A stretch of 64,000 nucleotides of DNA from Candidatus Hydrogenedens sp. (GTDB lineage: Bacteria; Hydrogenedentota; Hydrogenedentia; Hydrogenedentales; JAEUWI01). The position numbers and the translations under genes were made by a program. The first letter of the stretch is position 1, and each line of letters begins with the position of its first letter. Positions 56,849-64,000 of this stretch are shown here, one piece after another. Location of the stretch: positions 438,149-502,148 of the forward strand of contig WGMK01000010.1 in NCBI GenBank assembly GCA_016125095.1, in the 5' to 3' direction. The notes below the pieces were generated by a model that was given only the letters and a program-made list of their open reading frames with translations, did not search any database and was not told the origin of the DNA.

Positions 56849-59077
56849 ATGGCATCGACGCTGGCGCTGTCCATGACGAAATGGGCGCTGGACGTGGGCA
56901 CGAAGATGATCAAGGCGGATGTGCGCCTGCACAACGCCGAGGTGGTGAAGGATCAGACATCCATCATCTTCGTCATCAATCACTTCACCCGTCTCGAGAC
57001 GATGCTGCTGCCCTACACCATCCACAAGCACACGGGGCTCGAGGTGTGGAGCCTTGCCTACGCCGGGCTGTTCAAGGGGCGTATCGGCAGCTACCTGCGG
57101 TCCACCGGCACCGTATCAACCGAGGACCCCGACCGGGACAAGGTCATCGTCAACTCGCTGCTGCGCGGTGCACACCCCTGGATTATCTTTCCAGAGGGCC
57201 GGCTGGTAAAGGACAAGAAGGTCGTCGACGATACCGGCGAGTTCGAGGTCTATTCCGACGAAGGCCGCCGCCCGCCGCATACCGGTGCCGCCGCGCTCGC
57301 CCTCCGCACGGAGTTCTTCCGCCACAAGATTCAATGCATCCATGATCGGCCCGGACAAAAGGGCCTGCAGGAGGCCCTCGACAAGTTCGGTCTCCAGTCC
57401 GCCGAGGAGGTGCTCAACAAACGCACCGTCATTGTGCCCGTGAATATCACCTACTTTCCCATCCGCGCCTCCGAAAACATCGTATTGCGCATGGCGACAC
57501 GCTTCGCGAAGGACCTGAACAAGCGCGCGCTCGAGGAGCTTTCGGTCGAGGGCACCGTGCTCTCCAAGGATACGGACATCGACATCACGCTGGGCCAGCC
57601 CATCGATGTGCGCACCTATCTGGAAGCGCCCGAGTACGCCGACATGATGGCCTGCGGGCTGGGCGATCTCGAGGCGCTCGAGGAAGACGACCGTTCCCGC
57701 TTCAACGATGCCGCCCGCCTGTTGATGCAGGACTACATGCGCGAGATCTACCAGCTGACGACGGTGAACTACGACCACCTTTTCGCGACCATCATCCGCT
57801 TTCAGGACGCGCGCACCTTTACCGAGCGCGCCTACCGCAACCGCATCTATCTCTGCGCGCGCATGCTCCACGAAACGCGCCGCTACCGCATGCATTCTAT
57901 TCTCGACCAGACCTTCCAGGGAATCGTCTATGAGGATTCCAGCCCGAAGTTTCACAACTTTATGGCGCTCTGTATGAAGGAGGGCGTCATCAAGCGCGAT
58001 GGCGATACCTACATCAAAAACTTCGCGCTTCATCGCGGCGATGTGCCCTTCCACTCCGTGCGGTGGGAAGAGATGACCGAGGTTATCGCCAACGAGATCG
58101 AGCCGCTCAACGACCTCGTCGAGGAAATCCGGCGCGTTACCCGTATGCCGCGGTTCCTGCTTTCGAAGCGCATCCGCGATATCTTCGTCGATGAGGACCA
58201 GCAGCTGTTCGAGTGCGATTACGCCCGCTACTACAACGCGGAATTGAGCAAGGGCCCGGATGTCGGGCGCCCTTTCCTGCTCAAGCCGATGAAGGTGCGT
58301 GGCGGGGTGGTGCTCGCCCATGGCTACATGTCCGCGCCGCTGGAAGTCCGCGCCCTGGCCGAATACCTCTATCAGCACGGCTACGCGGTCTACGGCGTCC
58401 GGCTGGCCGGCCATGGCACCTCGCCGGAGGATCTCGCACAGACGCCGTGGGAGCAGTGGTACGAATCCTTCAACCGCGGCTATGCCGTCATTAAGACCCT
58501 GACCGACAACATCATCTTGGGCGGATTCAGTACAGGCGGTTGCATGGCGCTTATCGGCGCCGCCCGCAAGGCGAACAAGGTACAGTCCGTGTTTTCCATC
58601 TGCGCACCGCTGCACATCCGGAACTACGGCTTCCGCCTCGCCCCGTCTGTGGTGTCATTGAACAAGCTGCTCCGGGGCATGGGTCGAGAGGGCTGGGAGT
58701 ACGTCGTCAACAACCCCGAAAATGCGCATATCAATTACAACCGCAATCCGATGGCCGCCATGAACGAGCTGGCGAAGGTCATCGCCGAGATGCAGCGCAG
58801 CCTGAGCTCGGTTCAGGTGCCGTCGCTGGTGGTGCAGGCGTCGAAAGACGTGACCGTCCATCCCACCAGCGGTCAGGAGATTTTCGATGGACTCGGGGCG
58901 GCGCACAAAAAGCTGGTGGTGATGGAGCGCGACCGGCACGGAATCATCAATGGACTGGGCCGGGAAGACGTGTTCGCCGAGGTCGTGCACTTCCTGGAGC
59001 GGGCACCGCAGCACAGTATCGCCGAGCGGGTCTCGCTCCACGAGGACCTCGATATGCAGGAACAGGCCGCCAGTTGA
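56849..59077 (+). CDS. fusion protein: PlsC-type lysophospholipid acyltransferase domain plus alpha/beta-hydrolase (GxSxG) domain
   Basis: N-terminal region with INHFTRLE and FPEGR motifs (acyltransferase HX4D/E plus PEGT-like). C-terminal region with GGFSTGG (nucleophile elbow) and catalytic D/H positions. Confidence 0.7.
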   Translation: MASTLALSMTKWALDVGTKMIKADVRLHNAEVVKDQTSIIFVINHFTRLETMLLPYTIHKHTGLEVWSLAYAGLFKGRIGSYLRSTGTVSTEDPDRDKVIVNSLLRGAHPWIIFPEGRLVKDKKVVDDTGEFEVYSDEGRRPPHTGAAALALRTEFFRHKIQCIHDRPGQKGLQEALDKFGLQSAEEVLNKRTVIVPVNITYFPIRASENIVLRMATRFAKDLNKRALEELSVEGTVLSKDTDIDITLGQPIDVRTYLEAPEYADMMACGLGDLEALEEDDRSRFNDAARLLMQDYMREIYQLTTVNYDHLFATIIRFQDARTFTERAYRNRIYLCARMLHETRRYRMHSILDQTFQGIVYEDSSPKFHNFMALCMKEGVIKRDGDTYIKNFALHRGDVPFHSVRWEEMTEVIANEIEPLNDLVEEIRRVTRMPRFLLSKRIRDIFVDEDQQLFECDYARYYNAELSKGPDVGRPFLLKPMKVRGGVVLAHGYMSAPLEVRALAEYLYQHGYAVYGVRLAGHGTSPEDLAQTPWEQWYESFNRGYAVIKTLTDNIILGGFSTGGCMALIGAARKANKVQSVFSICAPLHIRNYGFRLAPSVVSLNKLLRGMGREGWEYVVNNPENAHINYNRNPMAAMNELAKVIAEMQRSLSSVQVPSLVVQASKDVTVHPTSGQEIFDGLGAAHKKLVVMERDRHGIINGLGREDVFAEVVHFLERAPQHSIAERVSLHEDLDMQEQAAS

Positions 59078-59168
59078 GCCGCTGGTAAACCTTTGACAGT
59101 TTCCGGGGCCTTATGTTAGTGTCGCAGCGGGATTTACGGGGACTCGCCGAATTCGAGGGTGTCTACAC

Positions 59169-60836
59169 ATGAAGCGTACAGCTTTTCTCTTGTCCGTGAT
59201 GCTTGGCGTGGGGGCGTTGTTGACGCCGCACGAGGCAGCTGCCTGGGGCGAACGTGCCCGCCAGAGCCTGAGCATCATGGGGCTCCAGGTGGTAAAGCAG
59301 GACTATACCCGCGCGTTTCAGGCCACTGATTCGAACTACGAACGGGATGTCATCAAGGGTGCGCTGGCCGGGGCCGAGGCCCTGTCCGAGAATTTCTCGA
59401 TGGCCAGCCCCCAGGCAGCGATTGCCAGCATCGGCGCGGAAATCGAACTGCTGCGTTCCGCCCGCGATTTCGGCGCGGGTTCCTATTTCGCCTATCGCAT
59501 GGGCGCGCTGGGCACCGTGGCCGCGCAGCTGATGCTGCCCTACGGCATTCCCGCGACCGTGGAAGAACAGCGTCTTGCCAACATGATGGACCGCGACATC
59601 GATGAACACCTCGAGTCGTTCAAGTTCGTCAGCACGCAGCGTGACCGGGAGTTCATCCGCGATATCCAGAGTTACTTCGAGCGTCGGCGCTCCTTCATGC
59701 GCGACGACCGCCGCATCATTGCTGAGGACTACGGCAAAGGTTCCGGCTACCAGAAGTTTCTGAAAGAGGCGGGCGATGCCTATTTCTCGCGTGCCGTGGA
59801 GACCATGGCCGACGTGTGGCACACCGTCCTGCGGATCGAGTCGGACCCGAGCCTGCGCCCCGCGTCGCGCGAGATGCTGGCGTGGTACTTCGTAGATGAA
59901 ATCGCCTATCTAGCCGGCGAGAAGCGCAACATGACCGCGGCCGAGCGCGCCTACAACGATTTCTCGAAGGTGAATCCCGATATCGCGCGCGCCTATGAAG
60001 AAATCGGCGACGTGTATTACGGGCTGGGCACCGACGAGGGCGTGGAGCGCGGCGTGCGCGAATGGCGCGTGGCCCACAATATTGGCGGCCCCGATCGCGA
60101 TCGCGTGGCGAAGATGTTGAGCAAGCATTTCCTCGATCAGGGCTACCTGTTCTTTGCAAAGACCAAGGAAGCCGGCGCGGACGAGCAGGACTACACCAAC
60201 GCCCTGCGTTCCTTCGAGCAGGCCCTCGAGTTCGACCGCATGAGTGAAGAGGCCGCCAAGGAAATCCAGGTGGTCAACGTGGCGATTCAGGAGCGCAACG
60301 AGCGTTTCCAGACGACGCTCGACTTCATCGCCAAGGGCGAGCAGGTGCGCGAGCGCGCCGACAACATGCGCAATGCCGAGGACTATGGCAACGCCATCCA
60401 GACCTACCGCGCTGCGCTCATTCCCTACGAGGCCGTGAGCGAGGAATTCACCGACCAGTTCCAGCTGGCCCAGAGCGCCATCGACAGCATCAAGACCGAG
60501 GTGAGCACCGTAATCAGCCGCGTGCTGACACGCGCCAGCGAGCTGATTGAAGAAGGCGACCGCGCCGTCGAGGAGTTCAAGTTCGAGGAAGGCATCAGCG
60601 CCTACGAGCGCGTGCCGGGCATCCTCGCGGTGATTTCAGACGAAGAGCGTCAGCAGTCCGTGGAACGCCGCAATGAACTGCGCGATCTCGCCGGCGAGAA
60701 GATTGAAGACGCCAAGCGCCAAAAGCTGCAGTACGAGGACCAGAAGCGTCCGGGCGGTGCGGGTGCTCCGGCCTTCGGTGCGAACCGTCCGGCGGGTGCT
60801 GCGGGTGCCCAGCAGGGAGCCGCGGCCGCGCAATAG
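59169..60836 (+). CDS. secreted hypothetical protein (helical/TPR-like C-terminal half)
   Basis: Signal peptide MKRTAFLLSVMLGVGALLTPHEAAA; 555 aa; no catalytic motifs are recognisable. Confidence 0.5.
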   Translation: MKRTAFLLSVMLGVGALLTPHEAAAWGERARQSLSIMGLQVVKQDYTRAFQATDSNYERDVIKGALAGAEALSENFSMASPQAAIASIGAEIELLRSARDFGAGSYFAYRMGALGTVAAQLMLPYGIPATVEEQRLANMMDRDIDEHLESFKFVSTQRDREFIRDIQSYFERRRSFMRDDRRIIAEDYGKGSGYQKFLKEAGDAYFSRAVETMADVWHTVLRIESDPSLRPASREMLAWYFVDEIAYLAGEKRNMTAAERAYNDFSKVNPDIARAYEEIGDVYYGLGTDEGVERGVREWRVAHNIGGPDRDRVAKMLSKHFLDQGYLFFAKTKEAGADEQDYTNALRSFEQALEFDRMSEEAAKEIQVVNVAIQERNERFQTTLDFIAKGEQVRERADNMRNAEDYGNAIQTYRAALIPYEAVSEEFTDQFQLAQSAIDSIKTEVSTVISRVLTRASELIEEGDRAVEEFKFEEGISAYERVPGILAVISDEERQQSVERRNELRDLAGEKIEDAKRQKLQYEDQKRPGGAGAPAFGANRPAGAAGAQQGAAAAQ

Positions 60837-60880
60837 CGTGGGGGTACTCGCTGGCTAAACCGGGAGAGGGGACGCCAGTC

Positions 60881-61857
60881 TCAGGCGCCCCGTACGAGCA
60901 CGAAGTCGATGATGCCGTCCATGGCATCGCGGTACGGGCTCTCCGGAAGCTGCGTCAGCGCCGCGCGAGCACGGTCCGCAAAATCCCGGGTCAGCGCCTC
61001 GGCGCGTTCCTGGGCTCCGGTTTCGTGCGCCTGTTCGATAATCCACGCGCGGTCCGCATCGGTTATCTCGGCGTTTTCCATCGCATCCAGACGCTCGCGA
61101 TCCGCTCCCGTCAGGGCGTCGCGCAGATACATGATCGGAATCGTGCGCTTGCCTTCCAACACGTCGCCGCAGGCCGGCTTGCCCAGCTTCTCGGTGGGCT
61201 GGGTCACGTCGAGGATATCATCGACCAGCTGAAACGCGATGCCGAGCTGATCGCCAAACTCGAAGAGCGGCTCCCGATAGGCCTCATCTACCACATAACT
61301 CGGCGCGGAGCACGCCTCGGCGAAAAGGCTGGCGGTTTTCTGGCGCGCCAGCATGATGCAGTCTTCGTGTGTGATGGCATCGCGGTCGCGGTTGAAGAAG
61401 AAAAGCTCGCCCTCCGCCATGCGACGCACCGACCGGATGGCCTTGGCAATCACCGTGCAGGAGTCGTATTCGGCCAGCATTTCGACCGCGCGCGCCACCA
61501 GATAGTCGCCGCCCAACACGGCCGCGTGGTTGTCCCACAGGCCGCTGAGCGACGCCGCGCCGCGGCGCAGCAGGGCCCGGTCCAGCACGTCGTCGTGCGC
61601 CAGGCTGGCGATATGCAGCGACTCGAACGACGCGGCGAGGCGCACATAACGCTTCAGGTCGGTGGCACCAATCGCCCCGGCCGCCATCAGGCAGAGCGCG
61701 GGCCGCAGCAGCTTGCCGCCGGCGCGCGTCGCCCCGGCGCCATCTACGCCGACCAGCTCGAGCGCATCCAGCCACAGCCGATCCATCGTCGCGCGCACAT
61801 CGGCCAGCGGCGTTTGGATTGGGCGATAAAGTTCGTCTAGGGTAAGGGTGGTACTCA
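60881..61857 (-). CDS. polyprenyl diphosphate synthase (IspB/trans-isoprenyl diphosphate synthase family)
   Basis: First DDxxD motif (LAHDDVLD) and second DDxxD motif (FQLVDDILD). GTG start chosen; the ORF-track start at 62605 is an overextension. Confidence 0.8.
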
Positions 61858-61924
61858 CGCGGCGGATTGTAGCACAGCGGCCGATGCCGATTGAACGCCG
61901 CGCACCTCCCACAAGGTCGCAACC

Positions 61925-62650
61925 GTGAACCCATCGACACTGGAAAATCACGCGCAGGTTTTCCACGAGATCGCCGATTCCCGGCGGTCCGTGCGCAAGT
62001 TTCTGGACGAGGCGATTCCAGAGGACGTCGTGCGGGCCTGCCTCGAAGAGGCCCTGCTCGCGCCGAACAGCAGCAACCTGCAGACCTGGTATTTCCGCTG
62101 GGTGCGCAGCGCCGGGCCGCGCAAGGAACTGGCCCGCGCCTGCATGGGGCAGAACGCCGCCAAGACCGCCAGCGACCTCATCGTCATCACCGTGCGTCCG
62201 CACGTCTGGCGGCAGCATTGCGACTGGAACCTGGCGCACTACCCGGTGGACCCGGCCCCGAAGATCGTCGGCACCTATTACCGCAAACTCGCGAAGATGC
62301 TGTATGCCATCGGGCCATTCGGCGTGCTGTCGCCGGTCAAGCGCCTCGCCTTCGCGCTGATTGGTCTGCGCCAGCCCATGATACGCGGCCTGTATTCCGT
62401 CGCCGACCGGCGCGTGTGGGCCGTGAAGTCCGCGGCGCTCGCTTCGGAGAATCTGATGCTGGCCTTCAGCGCGCACGGCTATGACACCTGCCCCATGGAG
62501 GGTTTCGACAAGGTTCTCGTGCACCGGCAGCTCAATATTCCCCACAGCGAGGAAATCGTGATGATCGTCGCGGCCGGCCGCCGCGCCCCCGAAGGCGTCT
62601 ACCACGAGAGTTACCGCATTCCCCTCGACGAGTTGCTGGAGAAGTTCTGA
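61925..62650 (+). CDS. nitroreductase family protein
   Basis: RRSVRKF motif and the nitroreductase fold; 241 aa. Confidence 0.75.
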   Translation: MNPSTLENHAQVFHEIADSRRSVRKFLDEAIPEDVVRACLEEALLAPNSSNLQTWYFRWVRSAGPRKELARACMGQNAAKTASDLIVITVRPHVWRQHCDWNLAHYPVDPAPKIVGTYYRKLAKMLYAIGPFGVLSPVKRLAFALIGLRQPMIRGLYSVADRRVWAVKSAALASENLMLAFSAHGYDTCPMEGFDKVLVHRQLNIPHSEEIVMIVAAGRRAPEGVYHESYRIPLDELLEKF

Positions 62651-62700
62651 CGCGCGCGTGCTATGCTGCGGGTTTGGGCCAAGGATAAGGAGAGAGCGCC

Positions 62701-63717
62701 ATGCGTCAGGTCTGGATTTCCAGGAAGGGCACGCCCGATGTGCTGCAGGTGCGGGAAGCGCCGGATCCCGTAGCCAAAGCGGGCGAACTGCGTATCCGGG
62801 TGGCGAACGCCGGCATCAACTTCGCCGACATCCAGGCCCGCATGGGGCAATACCCCGATGCGCCACCCATTCCCTGCGTTGTGGGGTATGAAGTTTCCGG
62901 TACCGTGGACCAAGTCGGCGCGAGTGTGACCGGCTTCAAGGAAGGTGATCGCGTCGTTTCGCTCACGCGCTTTGGCGGCTACAGCGATGTCGTGACCGTG
63001 CTGCCCGAGTGGGCGCAGGTGATGCCGGAACACCTGCCCTTCGAGACCTGCGCCGCGATTCCCGTGAACTATGCCACCGCCTGGATCATGCTGGTGCGGC
63101 AGGGCAACCTGAAAGCGGGCGAGACGGTGCTGGTGCACTCGGCGGGCGGGGGCGTGGGCATTGCCGCGCTCCAAATCATCAAGCACTTCGGCGCGCGCGC
63201 CATCGGCACGGCCAGCAAGGGCAAGCACGCGCGCCTCAAGGAAATGGGCTATGAGCACTGCATCGACTATCGCACCGAAGACTTCGAGCAGGCGGTGATG
63301 GACTACACGAAGGGACGCGGCGTCGATATCGTGCTCGACGCTCAGGGCGGCAAATCGTTCCGCAAGAGCTACCAGTGCCTCGCGCCGCTGGGCCGGCTGT
63401 TTCTCTTCGGCGCCGCCAGTTTCTCGCCCGACAAGAAAATGAACATTTTCGCGCTGGTGAAGGGCCTGCTCGCCATGCCGCGCTGGGGCACGCTCGATCT
63501 GCTCGACAAGAACCTCGGCGTGTTCGGCACCAACATGGGCCATCTCTGGGACCAGATGAAGGACCTGCAGCCGGAGTTCGAAAAGATCTTGCAGCTCGCC
63601 GCCGATGGCACCTTCGACCCGATTGTCGATTCGGTCTTCGCCTTCGACCAGGCCGCCCAGGCGCACGACTACATTCAGGATCGAAAGAACTTCGGCAAGG
63701 TGCTGCTGAAGCCTTAA
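62701..63717 (+). CDS. quinone oxidoreductase / MDR-family NAD(P)H-dependent oxidoreductase
   Basis: GINFADI and the Rossmann motif AGGGVGIAALQI; 338 aa. Confidence 0.85.
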   Translation: MRQVWISRKGTPDVLQVREAPDPVAKAGELRIRVANAGINFADIQARMGQYPDAPPIPCVVGYEVSGTVDQVGASVTGFKEGDRVVSLTRFGGYSDVVTVLPEWAQVMPEHLPFETCAAIPVNYATAWIMLVRQGNLKAGETVLVHSAGGGVGIAALQIIKHFGARAIGTASKGKHARLKEMGYEHCIDYRTEDFEQAVMDYTKGRGVDIVLDAQGGKSFRKSYQCLAPLGRLFLFGAASFSPDKKMNIFALVKGLLAMPRWGTLDLLDKNLGVFGTNMGHLWDQMKDLQPEFEKILQLAADGTFDPIVDSVFAFDQAAQAHDYIQDRKNFGKVLLKP

Positions 63718-63730
63718 GAAATTGGACGGC

Positions 63731-63757
63731 CCGGCGGGCGTTTCCACCCGCCGGGCC
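63731..63757. terminator. GC-rich hairpin shared by convergent oxidoreductase gene and rnpB
   Basis: cccggcgggcg-tttcca-cccgccggg. Confidence 0.45.
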
Positions 63758-63767
63758 GGCGGAATCA

Positions 63768-64000
63768 AGCGTCGAGCAGGCCTGTAAGCCGGGTTCTGTC
63801 TAGGGGCCGGAGCCCCCGAGACGGCCATTCATCTGGGATACGCGTCGCCGCGCACCTCAAGCTTCCTACCCGGGAGCAACGCGGGCCGCGCCATAGCTCC
63901 CCTATTTGGAATTGCACCGGGTGGGGTTTAGCGAGCCGCCGTGTCGCCACGGCGCTGGTGCGCTCTTACCGCACCTTTTCAACCTTGCCTGTGCCTTACG
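63768..64000 (-). ncRNA. rnpB: RNase P RNA (type A), 3' ~230 nt; gene continues beyond window end
   Basis: The minus strand reads ...GGUGCGGUAAGAGCGCACC...CCACCCGGUGCAAUUCCAAAUAGGGG...CCCGGGUAGGAAGCUUGAG...CCAGAUGAAUGG...ACAGAACCCGGCUUA, which is collinear with E. coli M1 RNA. Confidence 0.85.

Overview
This 64 kb window comes from a high-GC (roughly 63-66%) Gram-negative-type bacterial chromosome; Tat signal peptides, ExbB/ExbD, a PEP-CTERM-like tail and a type-A RNase P RNA are present and the phylum is not determinable from here. About 50 protein genes are supported. The housekeeping backbone is tag, leuC...leuD, the pyruvate dehydrogenase operon aceE-aceF-lpdA on the minus strand, leuS, argC-argJ-argB, an exbB-exbD-tonB-like operon, a glycine-rich RRM RNA-binding protein and the 3' ~230 nt of rnpB (RNase P RNA) on the minus strand at the window end. 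The most unusual region is a ~4.2 kb lower-GC island inserted between leuC and leuD. It carries a ParD/ParE toxin-antitoxin pair, two paralogous multi-TM membrane proteins that share an N-terminal motif, and two paralogous minimal Pol-beta-type nucleotidyltransferases, one of which has a D-to-N change in the catalytic dyad. This is a candidate undescribed nucleotidyltransferase plus membrane-effector conflict system. Other notable items follow. (1) A tight four-gene putative extracytoplasmic redox operon: a membrane-anchored hypothetical, a Tat-exported DUF362 protein, a NapH-like polyferredoxin and a Tat-exported aldo/keto reductase with a C-terminal Cys cluster. (2) A 1.2 kb low-GC insertion flanked by 47-bp direct repeats that duplicate the 3' end of a small gene. 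(3) A complex structured repeat array between two convergent genes, with dispersed partial copies elsewhere in the window. (4) A GHKL-type ATPase whose stop codon overlaps (ATGA) the start of a secreted FG-GAP beta-propeller gene. (5) A DUF4258/DUF2283 toxin-antitoxin-like pair. (6) A flotillin/NfeD cluster. (7) A cysteine-less FmdB-family protein. (8) A PlsC-acyltransferase fused to an alpha/beta hydrolase. No rRNA, tRNA or CRISPR array was found.
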